A stretch of DNA of 64,000 nt from Lytechinus pictus (GCF_037042905.1 NC_087251.1:9674001-9738000); one strand, 5' to 3'. Positions 1 to 13,056 are shown, numbered from the stretch's first letter. Numbers and translations: made by a program. The notes: generated by a model from the sequence alone, not told the origin.

Positions 1-625
1 CAAATCTGATCTTTCCAAGGGAAGTATTCAATATAACTTAGAAAATAACCTTAATTCGGGACCATTTTCTTTGCAATAAAAAATTATAAAACGCTTTAGC
101 TTCCGCACTTCGCGCGGGGTTCATTATTATTTAAATTTCCTCCATTTTATCCCTTTTTTGTTTGTTTTACAATCACTTTTGAAAACAAGGTTCAAAATCA
201 CAATATAGTCAAATGAATTGGAGCTGATATAGGTACTAGAGACAAGGGATGCGGCTCCTTTTTATTTTAATTTATGAAACACCGAAAGCTTCGGCACGGG
301 AGGGGGAAACTCCCCCTCCCTGCACCCACCCCCTAGGGAGCGCGCATCGCGCGCTCTGTAAGTGTTGGTATGCTTCGCGTGCATTTACCGCCCCCTCCAA
401 AATGAAATCCTGGCTACGCGGTTGGACTTTAACGTTAGACTTTAATAAAGTGAGTCGATCTCTATTCTAACTAACTGTCTGTAGCAATAGCATTGCTGTT
501 AAAAGTAAAAAAAGTCTTACTCTCAACTACACACTCTCGGTCTCAACTACGTCTCATATTTCATAATCATATCCATCATGAGTGACCATGGTCCATGCAT
601 CTCTCTAACGTTAATAAAACCTCAC

Positions 626-781
626 CTCTGTTTTCCTGTAGAGAACTGCTTCACCAAAAGCTCCCTTTCCAAGCACTCTTACAGGTGTGTACATTTCCTC
701 CTGTATCGTATCACTGCTGTTTGCACCGGCAAGGAAATTTGTTGAGCTCGAGGAGGAAAATCCCCCATCTTCTGTAGACAT
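626..781 (-). CDS. NEK9: NEK9-like serine/threonine kinase, first coding exon (gene continues beyond the left edge)
   Basis: ATG at 781 reads MSTEDGGFSSSSSTNFLAGANSSDTIQEEMYTPVRVLGKGAFGEAVLYRKTE and ends at a GTGAG donor (625-621). It has the kinase Gly-rich loop GKGAFG. EEMYTPVRVLGKGAFGEAVLYRKTE closely matches the recalled NEK9 N-terminus ([26 protein letters not shown]). Not in the ORF track. Confidence 0.88.
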
Positions 782-929
782 TATTGAACGTCTCTCTGAT
801 TTTGGAGCAATAAAATGAAACAGAGGGGACCTCAGGCTCAGGAGTATTAACTCATCAGCTGGCTTGAGTCTTGAGAAGGACTGTCACATTCAGTGTCATA
901 CAATTTTTTTACAATACAACTTAAGTAAG

Positions 930-1120
930 TAAGCTCGGGGGGACAGTTTGGCTACGCCGCGGTACGAATGATCGGTCGTTCGATGTGCCTCGGCCGTCGG
1001 TAGGGCGGAACTCGGAGGCAGGCTCCCGCTGTCGATTTAAGCAGAGCTAGCTAGCTAGCTCGCTGCGAAAGATCCGAAACGAAGCTCAGCTAGCGGTACG
1101 GTATACAAATACCGGTATAC
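930..1120 (-). promoter_or_regulatory. CpG-rich putative promoter of the NEK9-like gene
   Basis: Locally GC/CpG-rich island 150-340 bp upstream of the ATG in an AT-rich background, with an (AGCT)n run at ~1046-1060 and CGGTAC motifs. Confidence 0.45.
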
Positions 1121-1631
1121 ACACCATAGAGTTATAAACCTAAGTTAACTCTATGATACACACACAGATCAGTACGTAGTTAGTATACATCTCTATGGGT
1201 ACAATAAGTCGTCTAAGTGCCTGTAGATCGTGCACAAATTCGATTCGGCCAGCATCAAAGATATGTCGATCCGAATTCTGATGAACACGATCTGCAGGAT
1301 GGAGCTGTCGAGAGTGTCGGATATCAGTTAGCCATACATGCAGCATCCGAGGGGTTTCGTTCAAGTTTTGCCATAGAGACTCTTGCAAATAAATAACAAC
1401 AACAAAACAAACTGACAAACCAAATTATTTCATTTACATTAACACATTGAAAAACTATGGCAAAAAATTAAAAGCCAGAGTTTTTTTTTTATGCAACAGG
1501 CCCCACCAGAGACCATATAATAATAATGATAAGAATGCACCTTCTATCTAGTTTCATATTCAGAGACGCAGAGAGAATAAAAACAAAGAAGGTGAGTGTT
1601 ATTTGAAATATGATGAGAATAGATATGTCTT

Positions 1632-2359
1632 TACGATGTATTGAAGAATGGGGGGCCATGATGCCCCCCCCCCCGCCCCCTTCTGATCTCGGCCACCGAT
1701 CGCGCTGGCGCCGAAATTTGGCACGCAAAGTCTTTACCACAAAAACTACAAGCCTGTATGAAACAAGAATGAAAATAATTATTTTTCATTTATTTTTAAT
1801 AAAATATGACAATTTATTCATGAAAAATATATGCATATTTAACACCCAAATTCACTTCAAATAAGTTCTTCTCTTTTTTCCAGATGTCATCTTTTGTAAT
1901 CTAATGAAAAAGTTTCCATAAAATTGCGAAAGGCAATTTTTTTCCTTATGTATTGCTTTGTTTTTAGAATTTCTTATGACTTTATTTGTTTTTTATCTTT
2001 TGTTTTTCATTTATTTCCAATGGAAATTATTACAGACCATTTAACAGCTAAATTGAATCCTATTTCAATTAAGCAGGCCAATTATAACGAAAATGATCAC
2101 GCTTTTATGAATTTCATCTCCTACTGACTTTGTACACAAAGTATAAAAATGAGCCATTTTTGGCATGACATATCTTGTCTCGTAAAAAAACATGTGACGT
2201 CGCGATGCTATACCCGTATGTCGCGAATTTGGTCTCACAAGTTGCGCGAGACTTTTAAAATTAAAGTCACAAAAGTTTGCGGCGCTATCTTTTTGCGTTT
2301 CGAAAATATCGCGTGAAGCGTTGAGGGGGCCATCATGCCCCCCCCCCGTCCTCTTAGGG
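1632..2359. mobile_element. piggyBac-like MITE, 5'-truncated copy
   Basis: Colinear with 3686-4395 and ends ...CTCTTAGGG|TTAA. Confidence 0.7.
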
Positions 2360-3273
2360 TTAAGGTTGCCTATGAATAACTCCATAGACTTGGCATTGGC
2401 ATTGTTAATGAAGAGAGTACATTCTACAAAATGGGAGTGCTCATACTGAGCAAAAGCCTTTTCACCAAATGAGCATTTGACTATATAGCAGTTTTCAACA
2501 ACCCGGTCATAGCGTATGGAAACCGATTTCGAATTAATAATATTCTCCCCAAAATGCACTTAATTATTTTCCCCCATTTTGGAGCCATGGTTCTCAAGCC
2601 CCCCCCTTCTATATATATAAAAAAATCGTAATAGTTGAAGGCAGTTTGAAATATACTTGGTGAAAATTCGTGCATCCTATCATTTTGAACACTGTTTTGA
2701 GTCCACTTTAATTTATTAAGCCTTTACATCTACTCAAGTTCGGTGTAATCTATTAGCAATTTATGTGCTCATTATGCTGTACTCCATATCATACTCTAGT
2801 TCTATTTGCTCTATAATTCCAAATAAGCTCTCTATATAGGTCCTACTCAAGTTCAATGAGCTTATACTGCTCAATAGTCGATTTGATGTGCGCTGTTCCC
2901 AGGTTCATATATAACACCTTAACAATTCTAAATGAAAAATAAGTTGACAATAGTGAGTATAATAATCAAAGGAAAGATATGGATAAATGTTTTTTTCGTT
3001 TTTCCAAGTAAAAAACAATCAATGGTTTATTAATTGTGATTGTACTTTAGTAAGGAGGAACTTTCAACATTTCAATCACTCTTCCTTGCACTTGTTTCCA
3101 AATCGGTGCACCTGTCAATGCCTGATACGTGTTAAGGACAAGTTAGCTTTCTCTTTTCCTAATTATAATTGAACTGATAAAAGTCTCCGATAGCACGCAG
3201 ATTAAGGTGATGGGCAACAGGCCTCGGGAATGTACTTTCAGAACCAAGTAGGGCGAAGGTTGCCACCTTATGG

Positions 3274-3281
3274 TATATAAA
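3274..3281 (+). promoter_or_regulatory. TATA box of the secreted-protein gene
   Basis: TATATAAA ~95 bp upstream of ATG 3369. Confidence 0.55.
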
Positions 3282-3368
3282 TAAGAGAGAAACGATAGAT
3301 TCTATTGAATAAGCACGCAAGCAGACCCATCAAAGCTTTTCACTAAAGTCTGTGAGATCGGAACGAAA

Positions 3369-6300
3369 ATGGATGCTTCTCTCAAGTTTTTGGCGGGAGT
3401 TGCCTTGGTGATGTTTGTGTGCATCAACGGGATGATAGGACAGCAGCCGCAGACGATGGATTTGGTAGAATCCGCCAAATCCCTTCAGGATCTTGCTCAC
3501 ATTGCTGTAGTAGATGCACTATCTTCACTCCAGACAGCACTCTCTTTACTTGATTCTCAGGTATTGCCATTATATCGTTTTGAATAGTTGGTTTAATTTC
3601 TTCTTTTATTAATTTCAGTAATAATGTATCCAAATCTGCCGTGATTATCACAGATTCATTTCTGGATTTATATTTGAATTCTTAACCCTAAAAGGAATTG
3701 GCTATTTGAGATGTATTGAGGATGGGGGTGTATGATGGCCCCCCCCCTTCTGATCTCGGCCGCCGTTCGCGCGATCGCGCCGAAATTTGGCACGCACATT
3801 CCTTACCACTACAATTAAGCCAGTATAAAAAAATATTCTGAAAATAATAATTTTTTATTTATTCTAAATAAGTAATGCAAATCATCTTGAAAACATTATT
3901 TGCAAATTTAACACCCAATTTCATTTCAAATTTTCTTCTTTTTTTCCAGATGTCATTTTTGTAATCTAATGTAAATTTTCCCACAAAGAAAAATCGCGAA
4001 ATCTAATGTTTTTCTTATCTATTTCTTTGTTTTTAGAATCTCTTATGTATTTCTTGTTTTTTCATCTTTTGTTTTTCATTGTTTGTTTTTTCAATGGAAA
4101 TTATTACAGACAATTTAACAACTAAAATAAACCATATATTAATTTAGCAGACCAATTAGAACAAAAATAATCACCCTTTTACGAATTTGATCTCCCATAG
4201 ACTTTGTACACAAAGTATAAAAAGGAGCCATTTTCGGCATGACATTGTCTCGAAAAATTCACGTGGCGTCGTGACGCTGTAAATACCCGTATGTCGCGAA
4301 TTTGGTCTCAAAAGCTGCGCGAGACTTCAAGAAAAAAGTCACAATAATATCGCGGGAAGGGTCGAGGGGGCATCAGGGTCCCCAGTCCTCTCGGGTTAAG
4401 TCATTTGTAATTTGAAAATAACTCTTCATATAGATTTACAGAGTATCTAGAGATTGATTGGTCATTTAAGACAATTGTAAGGGATAAACTTTGTGCAATT
4501 TCATGTTATATTGACATCACATCTCTCAAATGGGCCTATTAAGTCAAAGATAATGCACGTTTGTGATTATTATGGGTATTCACCTATGTTGAACCTTTGT
4601 TTCCGATATTTTTTTTTCAACACAAATAGTTTTATTTTGTCTTTTTCAAAGATTTTATATTTTGACAGTGATGAGTCAAAACATCCGCGAAAATACAAAG
4701 CAAATCAGTTTTCTCAAAACAATCAAACTCGTGATGGGTCTAATTCACCTTGTTGCGATTCCTCTGTGAAATTATATTGAATGAATTACATTTCTTTTAA
4801 TCTAACATCATAGTTAATTTATGAGAATATTTATGAATAACAAATACGTCTTTAAATGAAATACCGATAAAATTCAAGAATATAGAAATAAGCAAAATTA
4901 TCTTGTTTGATCTTTATTTCATTTCCATTTAACCCATCTTTTAATACTCGTATTTCTTTCTTATTTTCTTCTCCCCTTTAAAAAAAGGCTTATAAACAGC
5001 TGCTCTATTGAGACACGGATGTTTTTAATATTTTTCATATCCTTTAATACTATGAAACAGGCTGGGTTATCAATGAACATCATTTGTAATATAATTGAGA
5101 ATAAGTACCAAGTGCCTAAAACTAAAGTGATTCTTTTAGTTTGTCTTTATTCTTTTTAGATGAGAATTAATGACTATCATTCTTATTGCATTATAGTTGA
5201 CATAATTTTTATTCAAAGACCAACTTTTATTTTCCCTTCCTCATTAGTGGTCAAAACTTGAGGCTACTGCGAAACAGAAGAATCTAAACATCGCATTCAT
5301 TACTGTACCTGCAGGTAATTCAGCAAAAAAATAATATTCGACTTGAAAGGATGCCATTATTTTGTTTAATGACATTATTATTCTGGAGAAAAAGTGATAC
5401 CTAATAAATTTAAAAAAAAAGGAAGGGCATATCATGGGATCACTGGTATAAAGAGGGGGAGGTGGAAGTGGTCGAGAAATTGAGCAAGGAAATGATAAAT
5501 ATTATAGGTGACGAGATCGAGACAAACGAACAAAAAGAGATCAGGAGGTAGAAGTCGACGAAGCAAGTGTAGACCCTCGGAAATTTAACTGTGGCAGAGA
5601 TAGTGAAGATCATTTTAAACTAGTGAATAAACAGAAAAGACAACAGGTGTTTACATCCACAGTTTCTTCGTCATTACTGAAAGTACATTGAGAATGAATG
5701 ATAAAGAAAGATAGAGAGTTGGAAAAGAGTTCAGTATCAGACGAAGAGATATAGGAAAGAAGAGTAAACCGCTTAGAAATCGATGGTGGGAATCCGTATA
5801 ATTCTACACGATATAAGTCGAAAAGAACCGAAAAAAAGTTGAAGTACGCAGAAAGGGTGGGCAGAAATTATTGTCCCATCCCCTCCTGTAACATGCCCAA
5901 CATCAGGCAAATCATATCTCCACATTTTTATTGATTTTTTTTTCAAAATCCATCGAAAATTTGCATTATTTTATTTATTTCAAGCTTAAAACGCACAAAT
6001 CCCTCTCGTGATCAGATGTCACTACCTTACCCCTCGCTTACGAGCGCGGATCTTGAACGAGGGACAGATGCCCCTTCCCCATTTGAAGACATTTTTGTTG
6101 GAATCCCCCCCCCCCTTAGTATATCCTTGATCTACACTACGACTTACAATTCTCGAGTTTTGTAGTCAAATTCAATGAGCTCTAAAACACAAACTATAAT
6201 ACGTATTACGTTTAATGTTAATTATTTGCTTCGTTCCGTTTAAGTCAATGGCTTAACCGGATCAAAATGAAAAATTACTTCAAAATCAATCGGGAAATAC

Positions 6301-9300
6301 TCTCAATCGTGCTTCATTTTTAACCAAACATGATCACCCACTCTTTATTGTGTTGTAGTCGATACACAGAACGTGTTAGCATGTCGAGCTCGATCTGTTC
6401 CCAAATACACCAATCTTCTGAAACATCTAGTGGACAAGGAGAACGAAATCGGCAACCAAGTGGAGAACGCCACCCTCATTGCCAATGCTCTTCAATTCGT
6501 TTCTCAACTTGTCGCTAATGACCAAATCCAACAAGGTAAATAATAGTGAAAACTTGAACAAAATATTTATACTTATTCCCTGTATGTATATTACAATGCA
6601 TATCATTGTACTTGCTGTACTCAGATCAGCAAATAAAGCTGGATAATAGTGGCTACCATGGGCAGCGAACTTGGAGGGGGGGGGGCGTGCGCATCCCCCT
6701 TCCTCAAATTTCGTATTTTGTACTGCAGCACTGATATGGGAAAGGTCTTCTAAGCCCCCCCCCCCCTCCCCACTCCCGGACCAAAGAACTCGCTACACAT
6801 GGTGGCTACGGTTTATTTCCGATTCGTCTAATGCCAATTCGTCCAATTGCCAACTCGTCTACTATCATTTGGTCTACCATCAGTTCGTCCACTCACCACA
6901 TGGTCTACTTTCATTTAGTCTTATGCCATTCCGTCTAATTACCAGTTGGTCCAATGGCCATTTAGTCCATTTATCATTTGGTCTAATTGGACTAAGCGTT
7001 AAATTGTGCAAAATGGATTAAAATGAAAAGGATTAAACCATCTGATTATGAGACGAAATTGTGATTAGACGTATAATTGGACCAAATGGTTGTTAGACGA
7101 AATGTTGGTGGACGGAATGGCATTACACTAAATGAAAGAAGACCATGTGGTGCGTGGACGAGTTGGCAGTAGACGAATTGGCAATTTATCGTGGTTACAT
7201 TATGAAAGTTATTATAGCACTATACTTTATAACTATGTCTCTAAGGGGGTGTTGCAAGAAAACATTTGCAATCAATCGCAAATATTCTGTTGCAATTTTA
7301 CAATTGATTGATCACTTTTAACTATAGCAAATCATATTACACTCCTTGTTTCATGGAGCACATTAGCAATCAATCGCAAATTTGCAATTGATTGCACGGC
7401 ATATGCTTGATTTCGGGAACGAAAATAGACTTGCAAATGATCGCAAGTTTCTTGCAATGCCCCATAAGTCTTTATATTTAGTTCACGTTAGGTTCGTGGT
7501 ATATTACGCCCTTTTTATTTTCAAATGTCCGAAAATGTCCAACCCCTTTGTAAATAGAAAGGTTATAGTAAAGACATTTTGTGACAGAAGAAATTTTTTT
7601 TCACCATAAAGGTACTCTCCAAGCTGTAACCACCAAGTTGAATGCCTTTATGACTGATTACAATATGTTGCTGTCAGGTTTTGAATCGTCTGTTTGCATC
7701 AGTGATAACAATGATAATATTCAGATGCTGAGGATGCTAGCTACTGGGTAAGGATTGATTTTGAAATGTGGCCCTGCCATATCTTGTGTATAAAGTCATC
7801 TTATTATTATTAATCAATTAAAAAATGAATTATCTTCGTCATGATCATCTTCATCAATTTTACTAAAAGTGGCATGTATATTTTGTTTTAATTGTGGATT
7901 TCGTTAAATTAATAATTTGAAATCTAAAAAAGGGGAACAATTTGCTAAACTTCCCTTTTCTCCTTCCCTACCCCCTCTCTCTTCTCCCCCCCCCCACACA
8001 CCCTCACACACACACACACTCTTCCTTCCCCTCTCCTATGCATTGCTCATATGCTTGTAGGTATCGTATATACATTCCGTTTTTCTCTTGTATCTCCCGT
8101 CACTCGCTCGCCCCTTTAATCATCTAACACTTCACCGTTGTCTTCCCTCATTATTAGTATTACCATGTTACTTTTCAAACCCACGATTTTCTTCATACCA
8201 ATAATTATTTCCTCCATTTTTGAGCTGCGGAGATAATTTTTCATGTTTGCACTCATGCCATTATGATTTCATTTTTGATAAAAAATAAATCCCTGATATT
8301 TATAACATATATAATTTCTAAGAAAATAAATTAATTGTTTTGTTTTGTTTCTTCATCTCAAATGCAGGCAATGTCCAAATGTGAGTATGAGAAAGCGCAG
8401 ATGGAAAGACTAATTATTGCTGATTCCAATCACAATGTATTAAATCTTTATCAACTATTCATTTTATACAGACACCTTTAAATGTATCATGATCAATCCG
8501 TATTTTTTAGAGAGAGTCTAGCATGTCTAAACGCAAAATAAGCCTCTATATTCTTTTTATCAAATAACAAGTTCAAGACATATTTTAGATAATTTATATG
8601 TCTTCTTGATAATCGTTTGTCTAGTATAGTGCTGTGTATTTGCATCATTTTCTAAATTAATTTTCATGACATTATTGTCTAAAATTCATTTATGATATTT
8701 ATATCAATCTTAATTTGCTTGAATTTTTTTAAAGTATTTAGTCACGCAATGTATAAAATAATATGGCCTATAGTGTATTAGCTGTTCTTTTCTTAATTAT
8801 TTTTCCCCCTTCTCATTACAGGGTGACTGCAGAATGAAGAAAGGGTGAATATTTTATTTCTTACTTTCTTGTCATTTGTATAATGTACGCAATCTTTCTA
8901 TCCCAATTGCAGTTCTGATTAACATATCAAACTAAAAAAAGGGTAATGATACAAGAAACTTTGGTGATACTTGTATTTGGACGTTTGCGAGTATGGGAAT
9001 AATGATGTGCATTTTTAAATATCGCGATTGTTCCTTATCCTTAATTTGATTTTATCTGAATTGAAAAGCTTATTGTTTCCTTTTTGTTTTTTGTTTTCTT
9101 TAATTCTAATTTGCAGCTTCTGTCTTGAAGTAAGTATTGCTTTCATTTCATCAGAAACGACTTGTTCGAATATTATCATTATGGCCAGTAGCACATTCCC
9201 CATCCTTCTATAAAGACCCCACATGCAATTATTTTTCTTGATCCAATAAATCGTATTGAAGATCCGGGGGCCGTTTCCATAAAGCTGTTCGTAAGTTAAG

Positions 9301-10033
9301 ATCGACTTTAAGAACGACTGGTGAACCTTTCTTACGCGCTAAACCATCGCCAATGGTGTATAGCATTTACCAAAAGAAAGGATCACCAGTCGTTATTAAA
9401 GTCGCTCTTATCTTACGAACAGCTTTATGAAACACACACCAGGTTTTGTCAATCATAGAAACAAGTACAGACCAATCTCCTTTATTTTTAAAGTAGTTTC
9501 ATAGTCACATCCGATCTTTTTTTTTTACCCCAGTCAACAATTCCAGCATCGTCTGCATAACCATGATAATGAGACGATGATCACCCAACTAAAGCTATTT
9601 TGTATTGGGGGGTATCATACTGGCATATGAGCTTGGGGAGGCACTTGACCCCCCACAGTAAACGATTAAGAAACACCAAGAAAAAGATTAAAAGGAGAAT
9701 GAAAGAAAATGAAGAGAAAGGGTGAACATTTTTGTTCTCTCACGATTTTGAGAAATTTGGGCCAATTCGCCAAGTTGTGCCCCTCAAATATTTTTACTTA
9801 ATTATCACAACACTGAATTGATAGCTAGCATTGAAGCGATATGAAACTGCATCTGTAATAAAAAGAGAGACAGTAATTATCCTACATTGTTGTATAAGGA
9901 GGGCAAATGCATCGACGCTGATTATGTTCCTAATGTGAATAGCAACCTCTACAGTTTGACTTATTGCCTTATTTATCTCCCTGATTTTCGTGGGTGATAA
10001 AGTTCACAAATGTCTGTTCCATTTAGAAGTACA

Positions 10034-10080
<47 letters not shown>

Positions 10081-10221
10081 AAAGTTATACATGTACAACA
10101 GCATTGGCAACTCTTTTTATTTAATTATTGTAAAGAAATGGATGAAGAGAACAATGGTAGGCGTAGCTTAAATCAAGGTTCCCCAGAGCTATCTACCCTT
10201 TGGAAAAATTGGTGATGATTG

Positions 10222-10263
<42 letters not shown>

Positions 10264-11591
10264 AAACATTATAATAATTATTAATGGCACACAGTAGTTG
10301 GAATAACGAATTACTTTTTAAAAAAGTCTTGAGCACAATAATTGCTTTGAATCCTGCATGGAAGGCCAGAACATGAGATAATATTCAGGGCCCACAGCCG
10401 TGAATGAACGATTAGCTAATACGATTTGAACTGCTTGCTATATTGCATGGGGGAACAATGTATTCTATGTTCTAATAACACATTAAACCCTTTCATTTTT
10501 CTATCACGTTCCAGGGCAGTTGTGTCAAGGTAAGTTTCATATTTTTATATTATACTAGTTCATCATGTTTATAATAACTTTTATTCAAACTTTTCTTTTA
10601 TTATAGATTAACCTAACATGTTAACTATGTGATCTAGCCGATATGGGGTAGAGACGAAGTATTCATTTCAGTAACTTATTTGAGAGTTAAACTTCCTCGA
10701 TTCTTTTTTATGCCAATATGTTGCATTGGTAAAACTTTACGGGTTTGATTGTAATATTATGTCTTTGAATATTGTTTGAGTTTTTGATGCGTATATGACA
10801 GAGAGGCGTATCATCAACATTATAACAACTTTCTTTGTTTTATGATAACTAAATAACTTGTCAGAGCTGACTGATTTAAAGAAACAATTCCCCAATATTC
10901 GAACCTCGGGTCTATGCAGGACTTTCTTTATTTTTGTAAATTATGATCTTCTATTCTAAATACGATTTGTCAGTGCCATTCTTCTTTTGTTTAGCTTATT
11001 ATATGCAGCTGGTCGTATTCTTTTATCATTTCTGATTTTTGAGGTATCCTCTTAACCTTTTCAGGACCTTGATGTAAAACTGTTTTTATACTGATCTTGT
11101 ATATTTCAATATTCCTTATATATCAGGTGGGTGTTTCATAAAGCTGTTCGTAAAGTTACGCACAACTTTGCGCACGACTGGAACATGTTTTAGGTCCTAA
11201 CTCAATTACATAGGGATATATCACTTGGCATGAGAAAGGGTTACCAGTCGTGCGTAAAGTCACTCGTATCTTAATACAGCTTTAAGACACACTCACCTGA
11301 TTTATAGCCTGCAAATCTTGCTTTAATTGCTTTGATGAAGAGTTCCCCCCCCCCCCCCGAATTGTTAAGAATTTTCATGAAAATTTAAAAAATCATTGTT
11401 AGCAACTGTGTGTTCTTAAGAAGGGATTAATTAATTACTGTATGGAATGTTTAAAACAATAAATTAACAATGATTTTATGAATGAAAAGATGCATTCATA
11501 GTGGATTCTTTTCGATAACATTGCTTTTGTTTGTATTACAGAACGATCTATCACCTGCATTGTAGATATCTGTGACAATGAAGAACTTTGA
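3369..11591 (+). CDS. Unrecognised secreted protein, ~166 aa, 5 coding exons (3369-3560, 5248-5314, 6359-6535, 10515-10529, 11542-11591)
   Basis: All exons have AG/GT boundaries and compatible phases (0,1,1,1), totalling 501 nt. Translation: MDASLKFLAGVALVMFVCINGMIGQQPQTMDLVESAKSLQDLAHIAVVDALSSLQTALSLLDSQ/WSKLEATAKQKNLNIAFITVPA/VDTQNVLACRARSVPKYTNLLKHLVDKENEIGNQVENATLIANALQFVSQLVANDQIQQ/GQLCQ/ERSITCIVDICDNEEL*. Hydrophobic signal peptide and 4 Cys in the mature part. Exons 1-3 are well supported; the 3' exons are less certain. Confidence 0.72.
3686..4395. mobile_element. piggyBac-like MITE in intron 1 of the secreted-protein gene
   Basis: TTAA|CCC...GGG|TTAA termini; a second copy lies at 1632-2359. 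Confidence 0.8.
6810..7190. mobile_element. MITE with inverted arms built from short TCGTC(T/C)A subrepeats
   Basis: Left arm TGCCAATTCGTCCAATTGCCAACTCGTC versus right arm GACGAGTTGGCAGTAGACGAATTGGCA. Confidence 0.6.
7245..7463. mobile_element. Short MITE (Harbinger-like ends)
   Basis: GGGGTGTTGCAAGAAA...TTTCTTGCAATGCCCC terminal inverted repeats. Confidence 0.6.
9266..9440. mobile_element. Palindromic MITE (related to 11124-11299 and 53082-53226)
   Basis: CATAAAGCTGTTCGTAAG...CTTACGAACAGCTTTATG long inverted arms. Confidence 0.75.
10040..10259. mobile_element. Dispersed element flanked by (TA)n on both sides
   Basis: 10130-10217 is the near-exact reverse complement of ~45679-45766; both copies sit between TA microsatellites. 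Confidence 0.7.
11124..11299. mobile_element. Palindromic MITE
   Basis: CAGGTGGGTGTTTCATAAAGCTGT...ACAGCTTTAAGACACACTCACCTG. Confidence 0.7.
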
Positions 11592-12137
11592 TAAGTAGAG
11601 CGTGTATATCAAACATGATGGGAAAATGTAAAATGAAAACATGTATACATATATTCTATGTAAAGGTAGTCATGTTTGTGACGTAGTTCCATCTATGCTT
11701 TAAGCATGTTATTTATTTCTGAGACATTTTCAATATATCTTGACTGAGCCGATAATGATTTGGTAACAAATTTATCAATGATCTCGTTCACTGCTGCTAT
11801 AAACTTACATTGACCATTGAAATAATGTATCTTTTTTGTGAAGATTAAACAATGAATCTGGTTAAAAAAAAACACCATAAATGGAGCACAAGATGATCTA
11901 CATCCGTGATATTTTGTGTCTGCCTAATTACTAATAAACATGAAGCATGCATCTTTTGGATGTCTATCTATGTAAAAAAAGGGAAGTCAGTATGTTTTCT
12001 TTTCTTTATTTTGTATGATAAGGTACCGAGTCATCGCTGTATTATACAGGGGGGGGGGGGTGACAGGGTGGAGAAAGGTCACCTAAATGATTTTATTCCT
12101 TTCCGAAGAAAAAATAGGGGTGTTATGTAGTGACATA

Positions 12138-13056
12138 CAGAGTGAGTCAGAAAAAATGTCCCACTTTTGTAAAGTTGAATTATTTAAGATATGAATATTT
12201 AATCATTAGTTTCATGATATGTCTTGATAGAGGTATCCTCCCAGTACATTCAGGTACCTTTTTCATTTGATCCCCTGCACGCATGACTGAACAGCGGACA
12301 ATCTTTAGAAGACTGTCAGATCTCACTTGCGCCAAGTTACAGGGTGGGGAATAAAACACTCTTTTGAACCTTGCATACTCGGTGACCATAAATGACCTAT
12401 GTTGTGGTGTGAATGATTCGTGTACTTTTGCTACTGTAAAAAGAGGCTCAAGTGACTGCTGCCAAATCAGGCAAGCCCTTTTATAGGCAAGTGCAACAAA
12501 AGCACAGACATCCATTGTAAATTTTCATTGTTAACCAACAAAAGACATAACCAGCATATTGGATTTATGTGCACTTGATGATGATGATCAAGATGATGAC
12601 AATGAGGATGATGATGATGATATGATGGTGGTAATGAATGTGTTTTAAGGGGAAAGATTGTCGGGAATTGCCACTTAAACATTCAGCGATCTTGCTAAAA
12701 ATCAATGCTTAATCAGAAAAGAGAAAATTATGAACCAGTTATTACCATGTGTGTTGTGTGTGTTTGTGTGAGCGTGTGTGTGTGTGCGTGTGTGAGCATG
12801 CCAGACTGTCTGTCGACTGTCTTTGTCTAAAGCACTGTTTTATTCATCACCCAGTAACTTGGCGCAAGTGAGATCTGACAGTCTTCTAAAGATTGTCCGA
12901 TGTTCAGTCATGCGTGCACGGGATCAAATGAAAATGGTACCTGAATGTACTTGGAGGATACCTCTATCAAGACATATCATGAAACTAATGATTAAATATT
13001 CATATTTTAAACAATTCAACTTTACAAAAGTGGGACATTTTTTCTGACTCACTCTG
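12138..13056. mobile_element. Tc1/mariner-type non-autonomous element with ~210-bp TIRs
   Basis: TA|CAGAGTGAGTCAGAAAAAATGTCCCAC...GTGGGACATTTTTTCTGACTCACTCTG|TA. Near-identical arms explain the mirrored ORFs 12180-12515 and 12823-13047. Internal (GAT)n and (TG)n tracts. Confidence 0.88.

Noticed and set aside
2065..2559. 164-aa minus-strand ORF
   Set aside because: Crosses the boundary of a non-coding MITE; the sister copy lacks an equivalent ORF.
3050..3245. NF-kB/STAT-like sites upstream of the secreted-protein gene
   Set aside because: Only partial matches (GGAACTTTCA, CTCGGGAA), which are expected by chance.
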